Positions 13,022-26,850 of a stretch of 64,000 bases of DNA are shown here, one piece after another (within the stretch, counting starts at the first letter, position 1; each line of letters opens with the position of its first letter). Source of the DNA: Eledone cirrhosa. Taxonomy: Eukaryota. The stretch covers positions 76,136,001 to 76,200,000 of the forward strand of contig OZ024743.1 in the NCBI GenBank assembly GCA_964016885.1, written 5' to 3'. The notes beneath the pieces are model-generated. The model ran no database searches, was not told the DNA's origin, and saw only the letters and a program-made list of their open reading frames with translations. Made by a program: the position numbers and the translations under genes.

Positions 13022-13397
13022 CTCTCTCTCTTTCTCTCTCTCTTTCTCCCTCTGTGTGTGTGTGTGTGTTTCTCTGTGTGTGTGTGTAAATATGAGTGTC
13101 TCTATATGCAATATTACGTAGTTATAGAATGCCGGATATTGTCCATGAATCTTCTTTTCGTGTAGTCGGAGGGATGTGCCAGGAAGGCAGCTATTAATCC
13201 TCACTCTAGGGAGCTGGTTTAAATGTTCTCAACAGTGTCGGTACCTCATGTAAGTTCACCTAAGGACCAAGTGATGGTATTAATCCGGTCAGGGTATTAA
13301 ACCTACCATATAGGAACAGGTATTCTCGGCTCTCAATAATCGCCACTTCCACCTCGCTTATTACATTTTTTTAAAATTGGTAATTGGGATTAAAATT

Positions 13398-13633
13398 ATC
13401 AGTTGTTAGCTGTCAAGACATTGCATCCTTTAAAACCTCCATGTTTCCTGAGATTCGCCAACACTACACCGAATATTCCCCCTCCATACACATACACACG
13501 CACACATGTATATCATGACTCATACACTATTCACTTCCCTGACATTTGTATATTATTCTATGTACTATACATGCACATTTGATGAGTTGTAGTGTACCTA
13601 AGCTCTGTACACAATAATTTCATAATTATTATT
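13398..13633 (+). mobile_element. CR1-like LINE 3' end
   Basis: Matches 39170-39400. Confidence 0.85.
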
Positions 13634-13709
13634 AAAAGTTTAAGAAAAGCTGAGTTCTATAAATGCTGTAAGGACGACTGTATAATGTATAGTATCATCG
13701 TTCTGGAGG

Positions 13710-13950
13710 AGGGATATCAGGTACAGTGTTGGCGAATCTCAGGAAGCATGGAGGTTTTAAAGGATGCAGTGTCTCGACAGATAATAATTGATACAGGTAG
13801 TTTGTTCCATGCTTCAGCAACACTGAGCGTGAAAAAATGTTTCCGAAAGTCATAGGAGCTGTGCTGTTTGCTGACTTTGTTGGCATTCCCACGTGTGTTA
13901 GACACATGGAATTCAAAAAGGTACTCAGGGTTGTTGTTGGCAAGATAATC
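13710..13950 (-). mobile_element. CR1-like LINE ORF2 C-terminal fragment
   Basis: TRGNANKVSKQHSSYDFRKHFFTLSVAEAWNKLP. Confidence 0.85.
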
Positions 13951-14340
13951 TATCTCCAACGAAATTTTATTTTATGTGGTAACATTCCTGCAACAATTAA
14001 TTTTCTTTAGACATTAAAAAACATTATACATGACAAAAAATAAGTACATTACTTGAAATACCATACGTTATAAAATATAGGATGGGTTGGGGTCTCAATA
14101 TGTAAACTAAACGATTATTTCAATCCCACCGCTTATTCCAGCCCTGCTAATTCCAATCACCCTCCTATTATTTGGGACCCGAGAGTAAATCGAAACTGAA
14201 ACCACAGCCATACCGGGGTCCATATACTAGAACTATGTTTATGAAAGTAGGTTCTACGAAACAATTCTGGGATTCTTTACAATAAAGTGTTTCTTAATGA
14301 AATATTACTTTGTTATTGTTGTTATTATTTTTGTATCTAA

Positions 14341-14541
14341 AGGATTGGCAGAATCGGTAGAGCTTCGGACAACATGATTTGTAGCATAGAGTTTATGGAC
14401 TTTTAGTCCCGCCGAGAATAGCTTTCCTTTTCATCCTTGCGTAGTCGATAAATAAAGTACCAGTAATGCACTGGGGTCGTTTTAATCGAATTTCCCCTCT
14501 CCCAAAATTGCTGACCTTGTACCTAAATCAGAAACCATTAT
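14341..14541 (+). mobile_element. SINE (major family)
   Basis: Matches consensus. Confidence 0.8.
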
Positions 14542-14567
14542 TTTTGTATAAAATTTTTGTATTAAAA

Positions 14568-14759
14568 GGGCGGTGGATTGGCAGTATTGGTAGAGGGTCG
14601 GACGCCATGCTTTGACGCATAGAGTTACGGCCCTTGCCATTCTGAGTTCAAATCCCGCCGAGGTTAACTTTGCTTTCATCCTTACGGGGTCGATAAAATA
14701 AAGAACCAGTAATACACTGGTTAATTGCTGGCCTTGTGCCAAAAGTAGAAACAATTATT
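14568..14759 (+). mobile_element. SINE (major family), full length
   Basis: GGCGGTGGATTGGCAGTATTGGTAGAG head, GAGTTCAAATCCC B box. Confidence 0.9.
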
Positions 14760-14993
14760 TTTGTATAAAATTATTTCTCTAAAACAATTTTTATTTCATA
14801 TAATATTCGTATGAAATTAGGGAGGTGATGTTTTTTTTTCTGTGAAATAAAAGTATAGATTCGTGCATGTAGTTAAGAAGTTCGCTATGCAACCATGTAG
14901 TTCTGTCGCGTGGCACCTTGGGCAAGTGTCTGAAGCCACGATTGGCATTGTGAGTAGAATATGTTTGACCGTAACAGAGGCTTGTCGAATATA

Positions 14994-15226
14994 CGAGGGA
15001 GTGCTGAAAAGTTTCTGGCTTTGGGGAAAAGAAAATACAAGAAGATCAGTTAATAATGATTTTATTCAAAATATATCCTTCTCAGATTCACACATTTATT
15101 GCAGTCGTCCTTCAGTTTTTCTGAGCCTTGTAAAAAGTAAAAAGAATTCGGAAGGTTGGGCCACCAACCAGGTTTCTGTGACAGGAATTTTATACAAAAT
15201 TTTCATGAAATTTCAGCACCCACTTG
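14994..15226. mobile_element. Mariner-type MITE
   Basis: TA|CGAGGGAGTGCTGAAA ... TTTCAGCACCCACTTG|TA. Confidence 0.7.
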
Positions 15227-15257
<31 letters not shown>

Positions 15258-15386
15258 GGAAGCACAGCATATTCGAAGCTCGAGCCGCAGCTAAGCCGAC
15301 GAATGCATTCAGAAGTGCAGCCAAGCACTCGACAAGGTATAAAACATCAGAGTAATAACATACAGTTTAAAGGGCTTTGCAAATTG

Positions 15387-15466
<80 letters not shown>

Positions 15467-15616
15467 ATTATAATCTTTTTCACGCAACCTTATCCTCCGC
15501 CATTGCCACCACTACCCCGTCCATCTTATCTTAATTACCCCTCCTCTATTAATGCCCCCTTCACCTCCAGTCTTATTTATACTGTGTCTGCTATTAAAAA
15601 CATATATAAACGTTAG

Positions 15617-15667
15617 TTCTGGTCTGATGACCCTGTGATAAACAGGTGAAACTCCAGAGTAACAAGA
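15617..15667 (+). ncRNA. Type I hammerhead ribozyme
   Basis: CTGATGA-cCCTGTgataaACAGGt-GAAA-CTCcaGAG-TA; stem I imperfect. Confidence 0.7.
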
Positions 15668-15705
15668 CTCACTATTTAGCCTTAATAATAATGAATATTA
15701 AAACT

Positions 15706-15860
15706 CTACTCGGGAGAAATCATCAGGAAGCCCTGATGATTTCTCCCGAATGAAACAGTTCCAGTCTTGTAGAAGCCTTTTCTATATTAAATATTTATAC
15801 TCTGTTTTGTATTGAGTACCTTACTTACTGTGGTTACCCCCGACTGAACCTGGAATAAGT
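15706..15860 (+). mobile_element. pLTR-like element family G with weak HHR (CTGATGA 15733, GAAA ~15752) and short 5' inversion
   Basis: CGGGAGAAATCATCAGG/CCTGATGATTTCTCCCG fold-back; homologues at 23618-23740 and 47390-47525. Confidence 0.55.
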
Positions 15861-15972
15861 GAGAATTAGTAATTGTATTGGTTAGTATTCAGTTTTGGTT
15901 TTAAGTTTTACCGGTTGCGCATTTCTAATGCTTTTCAAAAATAATTTTGAGATAGAGCGTCCGTGATGTTTG

Positions 15973-16033
<61 letters not shown>

Positions 16034-16998
16034 AAAATTAACAGAGAGGACAAGACAGCGAAGGAAATCAGGGTAAAACAAAAAAAAAACAATTTTTTAA
16101 GGGAACCTTAAATTTTTTACAAAGGTAAGACACAGATCTCCAGAGTCAACGGCCTTTGGAGTGGACTTTGGCAGTTTAGTGTTTGTGTGTAGGTCTTTGG
16201 GTCAGTGGTTCTGTGTGTCAGTGTTAGTGTGTGTGTGTGTGTCTGTTAGTGTGTGTGTGTGTGTCTGTTAGTGTGTGTCTGTGTGTCTGTTAGTGTTTGT
16301 GTGTCTGTGTTTGTGTGTCTGTGTGTCCGTTAATATGTCTGTGTGTTTGTTTGTGTGTGTGTGTGTGTGTGTGTCTGTGTCTGTTAGTGTGTCTGTGTGT
16401 CTGTTAATGTGTCTGTGTATTTGTTAGTGTGTGTGTCTGTGTTTATGTGTTTGTATCTGTTAATGTGTCTGTGTGTCTGTTAGTGTGTGTGTGTCTGTGT
16501 TTGTGTGGGTGTCTGTGTCTGTTAGTGTGTGTGTGTTAGTGTGTGTGTGTGTCAATATCTACGTTTGTGTCTGTGTCTGTATATATGTGTGTGTGTCTGT
16601 GTTAGTATGTGTGTGTCAGTGTCTGTATATGTGTGTGTGTTTATGTCTCGTAAATTAGAGATTCGGGGAAAAAAATGAGATCAATAAAATAAGTACAAAA
16701 CTTGAAAAATGAGTACGAGGATCGATATGATTGACTGAATCAATGTGGTGTCCCAGCATAGCCACAGTCTATTGAGTGAAGTCATTAAAAGATTAAGCGT
16801 TAACATATGTATGAAGCTCCTCTGTTAGTTATAGATGCGTGAGTGTAAGGTATAGTTCACAAGCTTGTAATATCTTGTCTGAATTCCTTCATAAATATAG
16901 TCCTTTCCTCTACTTTTCTCTACTTTCCTATACAGTCAGGTCTGCCGTTCTTTACCCCTTTTTTTCATTACTTAATTTTGTTTTTATCTTTTTTCTTC

Positions 16999-18035
16999 AT
17001 ATTTCCACCATCGTATAACTTCTGTAAAATATAGTTGACATAATATGTTTATATATAACAGATAACCAAATATTTCCACCATCGTATAACTTCTGTAAAA
17101 TATAGTTGACATAATATGTTTATATATAACAGATAACCAAATATTTCCACCATCGTATAACTTCTGTAAAATATAGTTGACATAATGTTTATATATAACA
17201 GATAACAAAATATTTCCACCACTGTATAACTTCTGTAAAATATAGTTGACATAATAAGTTAATGTAAAATAAACTTGACATAATATGTTTATATATAACA
17301 GATAACCAAATAGTTCCATCATTGTATAACTTCTGTAAAATATAGTTGACATAATATGTTTATATATAACAGATAACCAAATATTTCCACCATTGTATAC
17401 CTTCTGTAAAATATAGTTGACATAATATGTTTATATATAACAGATTATCAAATATTTCCACCATTGTATAACTTCTGTAAAATATAGTTGACATAATATA
17501 TTTATATATAACAGATAACCAAATATTTCCATCACTGTATAACTTGTGTAAAATATAGTTGACATAATATGTTTATATATAACAGATAACAAAATATTTC
17601 CACCATTGTATAACTTCTGTAAAATATACTTGACATAATATGTTTATATATAACAGATAACCAAATATTTCTATCATTGTATACCTTCTGTAAAATATAG
17701 TTGACTTAATATGTTTATATATAACAGATTACCAAATATTTCCATCATTGTATAACTTCTGTAAAATATAGTTGACATAATAAGTTAATGTAAAATATAG
17801 TTGACATAATAAGTTAATGTAAAATATAGTTGACATAATATGTTTATATATAACAGATAACAAAATATTTCCACCATTGTATAACTTCTGTAAAATATAG
17901 TTGACTTAATATGTTTATATATAACAGATAACCAAATATTTCTATCATTGTATAACTTCTGTAAAATATAGTTGACATAATAAGTTAATGTAAAATATAG
18001 TTGACATAATATGTTTATAACAGATAACCAAATTA
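16999..18035. repeat. 71-bp AT-rich minisatellite (~13 units) with 29-bp subrepeats
   Basis: Unit ATATTTCCACCATTGTATAACTTCTGTAAAATATAGTTGACATAATATGTTTATATATAACAGATAACCAA. Confidence 0.95.
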
Positions 18036-18089
18036 AAATTATGACTATCAAGAACTAGCGGGGCTTTGAAGCAACATAGACATATTTTC

Positions 18090-19630
18090 TGAGAGTGTAT
18101 ATATAGAAGTGATGTGTGTATGAGAGTGTATATATAGACGTGGTGTGTGTATGGGAGTATATATATAGAAGTGATGTGTGTATGAGAGTGTATATATAGA
18201 AGTGATGTGTGTATGAGAGTGTATATATAGAAATGGTGTGTGTATGAGAGTGTATATATAGAAGTGGTGTGTGTATGAGAGTGTATATATAGAAGTGATG
18301 TGTGTATGAGAGTGTATATATAGAAGTGATGTGTGTATGAGAGTGTATATATAGAAGTAATGTGTGTATGAGAGTGTATATATAGAAGTAATGTGTGTAT
18401 GAGAGTGTATATATAGAAGTGATGTGTGTATGAGAGTGTATATATAGAAGTGATGTGTGTATGAGAGTGTATATATAGACGTGGTGCGTGTATGAGAGTA
18501 TATATATAGAAGTGATGTGTGTATGAGAGTGTATATATAGAAGTGATGTGTGTATGAGAGTGTATATATAGACGTGGTGTGTGTATGGGAGTATATATAT
18601 AGAAGTGATGTGTGTATGAGAGTGTATATATAGAAGTGATGTGTGTATGAGAGTGTATATATAGAAATGGTGTGTGTATGAGAGTGTATATATAGAAGTG
18701 ATGTGTGTATGAGAGTGTATATATAGAAGTGATGTGTGTATGAGAGTGTATATATAGAAGTGATGTGTGTATGAGAGTGTATATATAGAAATGGTGTGTG
18801 TATGAGAGTGTATATATAGAAGTGATGTGTGTATGAGAGTGTATATATAGAAGTGATGTGTGTATGAGAGTGTATATATAGAAGTGATGTGTGTATGAGA
18901 GTGTATATATAGAAGTGATGTGTGTGTATGAGAGTGTATATATAGAAGTGATGTGTGTGTATGAGAGTGTATATATAGAAGTGATGTGTGTATGAGAGTG
19001 TATATATAGAAGTGATGTGTGTGTATGAGAGAGTATATATAGAAGTGATGTGTGTGTATGAGAGTGTATATATAGAAGTGATGTGTGTATGAGAGTATAT
19101 ATATAGAAGTGATGTGTGTATGAGAGTGTATATATAGAAGTGATGTGTGTATGAGAGTGTATATATAGAAGTAATGTGTGTATGAGAGTGTATATATAGA
19201 AGTGATGTGTGTATGAGAGTGTATATATAGAAGTGATGTGTGTATATGAGAGTGTATATATAGAAGTGATGTGTGTATGAGAGTGTATATATAGAAGTGA
19301 TGTGTGTGTATGAGAATGTATATATAGAAGTGGTGTGTATATGAGTGTATATATAGAAGTGGTGTGTGTATGAGAGTGTATATATAGAAGTGATGTTTGT
19401 ATGAGAGTGTATATATAGAAGTGGTGTGTGTGTATGAGAATGTATATATAGAAGTGGTGTGTATATGAGAGTGTATATATAGAAGTGATGTGTGTATGAG
19501 AGTGTATATATAGAAGTGATGTGTGTATATGAGAGTGTATATATAGAAGTGGTGTGTGTGTATGAGAGTGTTTATATAGAAGTGATGTGTGTATGAGAGT
19601 GTATATATAGAAGTGATATGTGTATGAGAG
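18090..19630. repeat. 31-bp minisatellite (~49 units)
   Basis: Unit GAGAGTGTATATATAGAAGTGATGTGTGTAT. Confidence 0.95.
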
Positions 19631-19651
19631 TCTACTTCTATAAACGTTTCG

Positions 19652-19697
<46 letters not shown>

Positions 19698-20011
19698 ATA
19701 TATATGTGTATATATAGTCACACCTCATTAAACATAATGAAGATGTAACAATTCGTATTTTTTATTATTATTATTAGTATATATATATGCGTGTGTATCT
19801 ATATATGTGTGTATGAATGTGTATTGTGTATATGTGTGTATGGATATATAATTATGTATGTGAGTGTAGGAAGGTAGGTCATGTCATGGGAGGGAAGAGC
19901 TGTGTCTATAACCCTCTTTAGGGCATCCGAGACTGAGAGGAACATATCTTTTTATATACGAACATAAACACACACACATATATATGTACAAATATATATA
20001 CACACACAGGC

Positions 20012-20049
<38 letters not shown>

Positions 20050-20051
<2 letters not shown>

Positions 20052-20489
20052 TGAGTATATGTTGGTTGTTTACCGACACCCTAGTATGCAGATTGGAGCA
20101 CTCGACGAAGTACGCAGTTTGGTTTGGTTACTCCGGAGTAATGTAAAATAAGTAAGTCAAATATTTAAGATTTGGCTTCGTTTATTAAAGTCACTGAGGA
20201 ATGTTCTCACAACTGACCAATGGGAGGAGAGAGTGTCCTATGATGCCGAAATTCGTTTGTTCGAATTCATATGATTCCAGTTCCTCAGAGAAACAACAAC
20301 CCAACCAGGAGCTGGACATATCGGAGTATTGACGGAGTAAAACACTTTAACAACACGTGTACCTGTCTCTACCACACCAATTCGGACTGCCTGAAGAGGT
20401 GACAGCCAATGATGGCTGTCACCGAAATATATATAGCAGTACTTCTTTAATAAACGAAGCCAAATCTTAAATATTTGACTTAATTACTT

Positions 20490-20495
<6 letters not shown>
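20050..20495 (+). mobile_element. pLTR-like element with ~45-bp inverted repeat (20145-20190 / 20445-20490) between (TA)n tracts
   Basis: Inverted repeat plus internal HHR and AATAAA. Confidence 0.65.
20386..20440 (+). ncRNA. Type I hammerhead ribozyme (cleanest example)
   Basis: ACTGC-CTGAAGA-GGTGACAGCCA atga TGGCTGTCACC-GAAA-TATATA-TA-GCAGT; 11-bp perfect stem II. Confidence 0.92.
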
Positions 20496-20550
<55 letters not shown>

Positions 20551-21457
20551 GGCATATGTATAAACATGTTTGCACACACACACACACATAAATATATCAC
20601 TGTTTACCATCTTACAGTATGTACATATTCCTGCCTATTATTTGCTCCTCGTTATATGTCTACACTGTTTCTCTAAACAATATATGCCTCCTTCTCTCTA
20701 TATATATCTGATGCTCTCAACTAACGTCCATTGAGGTTATTTATTGAGAAACATGATCATCATATATTTTAAATATATATTGATACCTTAATATAGTATG
20801 TATATATATATGAATAAAGTTAGTCCTTCATCAGTGATCTTCCAGCCTTCATTGGTATTTCATCGCTTTAAAGACCACATACCTCTGGTTGGTGCGAGCA
20901 ACGGCTAAAGAAAGTCGTTGGGGCACGTACATAGGGGGAACGAGCGAGACAGTAAACAAACAAAGAAGATAATGCAACGAAAAGTGAGGAAGAAGGAGTC
21001 AAGTCTCTGAAATCGATGAACATAAGTTCTGTGAAATCGTAGACGAGAGAGAATAAAGACCATCAAACCTGGTCGAAATGTGAGTGTGGAAAGAATTTCG
21101 CATAGGTTAAACGGAAGGAAGTGATGGAGAGGGAGTAGCAGAGAGTGAGTGAGTGAAAGTGTGAGCAAGAGGCTAACAGAGAGAGAGTGACTGGCAGAGG
21201 GGGTAAAAAGAAAGTGAGAGATACAGAGAAAGGGGAAGCAGTAAGAAAGAAACAGACGGGTCACAGCGGAGGAAAATATATAAATATATGAAAAATATGA
21301 AAAAATGGCGTGCTATATATATTAGAAAGTGAGGTTTTTTTACAAAATGAAAAATAACCGAGGTGTCCTACACGAGTGAAAGTATAAAGAAAAAAAGAAG
21401 AAATCGAAAATGCAACTGGAGTCTTATTTTAAAAAAAATATATATATTTATTTGGTT

Positions 21458-21495
21458 CCTTTACCGGTTTCGCAGTTCTTCTGCTTTTCAAAAGG
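21458..21495 (-). ncRNA. Decayed hammerhead (core TTGAAAA)
   Basis: CCTT-TTGAAAA-GCAGaagaaCTGC-GAAA-CCGG-TA-AAGG. Confidence 0.5.
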
Positions 21496-21580
21496 TGAGT
21501 TGAGATGGAGGGTCTGTGGTTTTTCTCAATATATATATATATATATATATACACCCTCGGAACTCTTTTTCTTCCCACTT

Positions 21581-21616
21581 TTCTCCTGATGAAGGGCTTA
21601 TGCCCGAAACGTCACC
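21581..21616 (+). ncRNA. Minimal Penelope-type hammerhead (family H)
   Basis: CTGATGAA-GGGC ttat GCCC-GAAACGTC; stem I poor. Confidence 0.65.
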
Positions 21617-21756
21617 CCCACCCCCACTCTCAAGCGGGAACCCAATAACTATACTGCACTCTTCGTTAATGTTTTTGTTTTTTTATTTTTAACTTCTATA
21701 TATATATGTGTATATATATATACATATATATATATATATGTATATATGGGAAAAGT

Positions 21757-21878
21757 GTCAGGACTGTCGAAAAGGCCGGAGCTCAGCCGTCGGGGTCCTG
21801 ACTCCTTTCCTATTACCCACTCTACTACCCTAAATGGAGTGTTGTAGTCCACCCGGTTTCTTACCACACTTTCTTTGT

Positions 21879-21880
<2 letters not shown>
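21757..21880 (+). mobile_element. Family E element: 3' half of a hammerhead plus tail
   Basis: GTC-GAAA-palindromic stem III-TC-GGGGTC, then tail ...CTTACCACAC; homologues at 9143, 9880, 23480, 25378, 37281, 37478. Confidence 0.6.
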
Positions 21881-21966
<86 letters not shown>

Positions 21967-22146
21967 TGTACATAGATACATCTGAAGAAGACAGAAATTT
22001 GAACAGAAAATTTGAGACTAGTCAATATATCGATCTTCCACGATCAAACGATCTATTGAAACAATCGTAAACCGATATATATATATATACATATATATAT
22101 ATACATATATATATATATACACATATATATACATATATATATTTAC

Positions 22147-22177
<31 letters not shown>

Positions 22178-22186
22178 CATATATAA

Positions 22187-22254
<68 letters not shown>

Positions 22255-22256
<2 letters not shown>

Positions 22257-22372
22257 AAGGCGGGTAAAATTCCCGAGATCCATGAACGAGTTCTCTCCAG
22301 CGGTCTCTGTCCCTCATTATCGCTGCCATGTCCTGCATCTCCAACAGACCAGTGTCTGTCCTTAGGGCATCA

Positions 22373-22378
<6 letters not shown>
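22255..22378 (-). mobile_element. RTE-X-like LINE 3' tip
   Basis: Matches 56770-56895. Confidence 0.85.
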
Positions 22379-22440
<62 letters not shown>

Positions 22441-22570
22441 GGAAAGTTATATTTAAATTGTTGGGTTAACAACGAGTAAATATTTATAACTGATATAAAA
22501 GCACTCAACAAGTATTTGGAGTATATTTATGATATTAAATAAATGGAAACTATATTTATAAAACCATATT

Positions 22571-22636
22571 TATTTCGTTATATATATTTCAGGGATATCA
22601 TATTAACAATATGTTATGCCATCTTCAGACAAAATA
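22571..22636 (-). ncRNA. Type I hammerhead ribozyme (family D, element ~22438-22680)
   Basis: TATTTTGT-CTGAAGA-stem II-GAAA-TATATA-TA-ACGAAATA. Confidence 0.8.
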
Positions 22637-22721
22637 CAATATAAACAGTCTTATAAATAAATAGATACGACATACCTTTCAATCACCTTGCATTTGTGAG
22701 GTTGATTTGGCATATATATAT

Positions 22722-23152
22722 ATAGACATGAATGTATGTATAGTATATTTGGCAATATACCGTATGTTTAATTAAAAACATTTAGAAGACCATGCGCTAT
22801 CAGTTTTAAAGTAGTGACTATGTCACTTGCTTATTGGCGGCAAAGACGGTATATTGCCAAATATACAATACATATATTCATGTATACATCGCTATTTCAG
22901 GGCACCAATACTAATACCTAATTTTTACAAGACCGGCAATCGCTCTGTATAATGAGCTCCTGATTATTATTGGAATTCTATAAGAATCCAGCTTCTATAA
23001 TTTCTAGCAAAGGCAGGGGAGAACGTGATTTTGATAAACGCCAATCAGCGAGAAACAGACTGTCAGCCTCTCTCCCAGCCTTTGCCGAAAATAAGTGACA
23101 TAGTCACTACTTTAAAACTGATATCGTATGGTCTTCTATATGTTTTTAATTC
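22722..23152. mobile_element. Fold-back element with nested inverted segments
   Basis: 22722-22765 vs 22846-22885 and 22765-22846 vs 23080-23152; GAAA-CAGACTG-TC half-HHR near 23052. Confidence 0.55.
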
Positions 23153-23269
23153 AAAACAATATACCGTATTGGGCGGCCTCTAGGACGCCCCTTTTTTAAA
23201 ATTATTATATCCTACTTTATATTTTGACGTTTATAGGCATTTTTTATGGACCACGTCCAATATTTGCGG

Positions 23270-23329
23270 TTTTCCACTCTTCGCGGGTGCTCTGGGAACG
23301 TATCCCCCGCTAAAACCGGGGGAATACTG
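23270..23329. mobile_element. Tigger/pogo-like terminal inverted repeat end
   Basis: GGAACGTATCCCCCGCTAAAACCGGGGGAATACTG|TA. Confidence 0.5.
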
Positions 23330-23789
23330 TATATATATATATATAACAGGCACTGTTAGAACCTTAAACCACTTCTAATAATTTATAATGTAAAAACATT
23401 TCTTTAGAAGCCGCAACACAATAATTCAACAGTAAGAATTGCCTTGATAAAATGTATCCAAATTCCATATGTATATATAACGAAGGAAGTGTGGTAAGGA
23501 ACCCGGTGGACCATAACGCACCAGAGTACCCAATACTTTGGGTAGTAGAGTGGGTAATAGCCGTCGAAACGGTTTGAGTTCTCCCGTCGGGGTCTTGAAC
23601 ATTTTCCTGTATATATATGATTTTTCACGAATGAAACAGTTCTAGTCCTGTAGAAGCTCTTCTATATTAAAAGTGTTATACTCTGCCATGTATTGAGTAC
23701 CTTACTTACTGTGGTTACCTCCGATTCAACCCGGAATATTTTATATATATATATATATATGCGCATATATATATATACGTATATATATA

Positions 23790-23867
23790 CAGGGTGTCCC
23801 CCCCAAAATATATATTACATACTTCAACAGCATTTTAATCAGTGTGTATACATCTTTTTGGACACTG
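23790..23867. mobile_element. Tiny Tc1-type MITE (78 bp)
   Basis: TA|CAGGGTGTCC...TTTTGGACACTG|TA in (TA)n. Confidence 0.6.
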
Positions 23868-23898
<31 letters not shown>

Positions 23899-23925
23899 AC
23901 GTATATCCATATACACATATATCTT

Positions 23926-24068
<143 letters not shown>

Positions 24069-24126
24069 AATATATATACATAATATTATGGATGCAGCAT
24101 AGCCAAGATCGATTGGCAATCACTGC

Positions 24127-24308
24127 TGGATTGGCAGTATCGGTAGAGGGTCGGACGCCATGCTTTCCAGCATAGTTACGTCCCTTTACGATCTGAGTTC
24201 AAATTCCGCCGAGGTTGACTTTGCCTTTCATCCTTACGGGGTCGATAAAATAAAGTACCAGTAATGTACTGGGTAATTGCTGGCCTTGTGCCAAAAGTAG
24301 AAACATTA
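24127..24308 (+). mobile_element. SINE (major family)
   Basis: Matches consensus. Confidence 0.9.
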
Positions 24309-24629
24309 TGTCTTCTGGTTCGACCCACAGCGTAGTCACCTGGGCAAGTGACATTTACCATGCCTTGTGAATGAAACTGTGTAGACAAAACTATTTGAAA
24401 CCCATCGGAGGGACTATACCTCTAATTCAAGGAACCACCCTTGTCATACCCTGTGTTAGACTGAACCTCACCGAGAATCTCGCTGAGAGTACACGTGTCA
24501 CTGTAGATATAATATGACTTTCTGCTATGGGTAAAATCACTTAACCTTTGACTCTACAAAATACTTCAGCAATGCTGGTATAGTCACTGCCTCCGTCTCT
24601 CCCGCTCTCACCATTTCTCACTATTATAA

Positions 24630-24919
24630 ACAAATGGGGCCCCCCACACACTTGCCGCCCCGCGACCCCAGCGGACAGAATAGAGAAGGTATTTCCCCGG
24701 AGGATGGCAAGGGAAACGCGTTGGAAGAGCTATTCCAGCTCGTGAGGCTCACACCTGCCGGTAGCCACCTCCATGTCGATGGTGGTGAGTAGGGAGGTGG
24801 TCCTAGGGCCAAGGACACCAGAGACCAATCGTGGTGAGTAGGGAGGTGGTCCTAGGGCCAAGGACACCAGAGACCAATCGTGGTGAGTAGGGAGGTGGTT
24901 CTAGGCCAAAGGACACCAG
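24630..24919 (-). mobile_element. CRE-like retrotransposon 3' fragment with a 49-bp segment triplicated at the truncation point
   Basis: Homologous to 45180-45356; repeats start at 24783, 24832, 24881. Confidence 0.75.
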
Positions 24920-25343
24920 TTATATACTTATTTCATGAGCAAGCTGGAATTGTCATCGTCGAAAGCGGTGGAGGTCGGTTGCAGTGGAGGTATTTTATAA
25001 TATCTGGTGGTTCTGAACACTATGCACCTCTACAAAGGTATAACAATGACAACTACATATGCTGTCTCTGTTGATGTCAGCTCACTTTCACTGATGTCCA
25101 CTTCATTGTTATGACAAACTAACTTGTAGCAACATTTTTTATCTTTTCCACAATACATACTTTATATTTTGAAATATTTCAAACGAATGTCATACATACA
25201 CACACACACAGACACACACACACACATTAATCAAATATATATATGTAAATGCACACACTCACATCTATATACATACCCCCACCCACCCATATATATATAT
25301 ATATGTATATATGCATGTATTAGTCAAATATATATATGTAAAT

Positions 25344-25376
<33 letters not shown>

Positions 25377-25518
25377 ACGGAGGAAATGTGGTAAGGAACC
25401 AGGTGGACCATAACGCACCAAAGTACTCAATACTTGAGGTAGTAGAGTGGGTAATAGGAACCAGTCCAGAATTAGCTGTCGAAACGGCTTGAGCTCAGCT
25501 GTCGGGGTCTTATTGGTT

Positions 25519-25586
<68 letters not shown>

Positions 25587-25699
25587 GTAATGAAATACAT
25601 GCTAACGAATGTTTTCGCATTAATTATGTAGAGTTAAATTATGTCAGCGAACGATTTCCATACAAAAATAACAAATTGAAAACTAAAGTTACGAAAGCT

Positions 25700-26168
25700 T
25701 TCTTGGGTTCACTGATGCTAGGGCACAGTCGTGTCCCCTTTCTTGGGTTCACTGATGCTAGGACTCACTCATGTGTACCCTTTCTTGGGTTCACTGATGC
25801 TAGGACTCACTCATGTGTACTCTTTCTTGGGTTCACTCATGCTATGGCTCACTCATGTGTACCCTATCTTGGGTTCACTGATGCTAGGGCTCACTCATGT
25901 GTACCCTATCTTGGGTTCACTGATGCTAGGGCACAGTCGTGTCCCCTTTCTTGGGTTCACTGATGCTATGGCTCACTCATGTGTACCCTATCTTGGGTTC
26001 ACTGATGCTAGGGCTCACTCATGTGTACCCTATCTTGGGTTCACTGATGCTAGGGCTCACTCATGTGTACCCTATCTTGGGTTCACTGATGCTAGGGCTC
26101 GCTCATGTGTACCCTATCTTGGTTTCACTGATGCTAGGGCTCGCTCATGTGTACCCTTTCTTGGGTTA
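25700..26168. repeat. 42-bp minisatellite (~11 units, with shorter variants)
   Basis: Unit TCTTGGGTTCACTGATGCTAGGGCTCACTCATGTGTACCCTA. Confidence 0.95.
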
Positions 26169-26422
26169 TGTTTGTCTTGTAAGGATATATTTTGTACCCC
26201 TCGATAATTTGACAACTGCTATGTACACTCTTCTAAGTAAGAGTGCGACATGGTCCCGTAAATCCTGGGATAGTCGTAGGTGCGCATTATTGACACATGG
26301 CGTTTCCTGGGCAGTTTTAGAACCTGGCGGAGTCCATCTCTTCTCTAGGTTTTAATATAGCAGATTTATTTCATAGAAGGATAGAGACTGAGAGAGAGGA
26401 AATGAAGAAGAGATATAGAGGA

Positions 26423-26568
26423 ATAATCGACCCTAGTCGAATTGACTGGTACTTTTTTTATCGACGTCGAAAGGATGAAAGGCAAAGTTGACCTCGACGG
26501 GATTTGAACTCAGAGAGCCGAAACGAATACTACAAAACATTCTAACGACTCTGCCAATTCACTGCCTT
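26423..26568 (-). mobile_element. SINE (major family variant)
   Basis: Core motif. Confidence 0.75.
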
Positions 26569-26584
26569 TAAGTCAGGATAAATA

Positions 26585-26850
26585 GTCCTCCGTGTCAGAT
26601 ATTGTTCGTCTAAGAAAGATACGTATTGCGTGACATTGTTACAGGACAATAAACGAGTGTCACAGCCATGTTCTTTTCTGAAAGCCTGCACACGGTCATA
26701 GAAGTAGAGGCCGTCCTGCAATAACGTATCCGGATATTGTATATGCTGATACGGGAGGAAATTTAACGGATCTTGGAGTGATAATGTTAGATCGGGACAA
26801 ATGGAAAGGGTACTGTTGATTGGATTGAGGAAATTCGACTCCTGAGTGAT
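26585..26850 (+). mobile_element. Old RTE-X-like LINE 3' fragment
   Basis: Translates to ...RKIRIAxHCYR...VLFxKPAHGHRSRGRPAITYPDIVYADTG, similar to the 56772-57017 peptide. Confidence 0.6.

Noticed and set aside
14568-14759. tRNA gene candidates (A/B boxes)
   Set aside because: They are SINE heads followed by a common core and tail, with no full cloverleaf
18055-19728. 557-aa His/Tyr/Thr ORF
   Set aside because: Translation of a 31-bp minisatellite whose unit is not a multiple of 3
21982-22069. CTGAAGA...GAAACAATCGTA motif
   Set aside because: Stem I missing and stem II base does not pair; left uncalled
25700-26168. CRISPR-like periodicity and a CTGATG motif
   Set aside because: Units are contiguous with no unique spacers and no cas genes; CTGATGCT is not an HHR core and no GAAA follows
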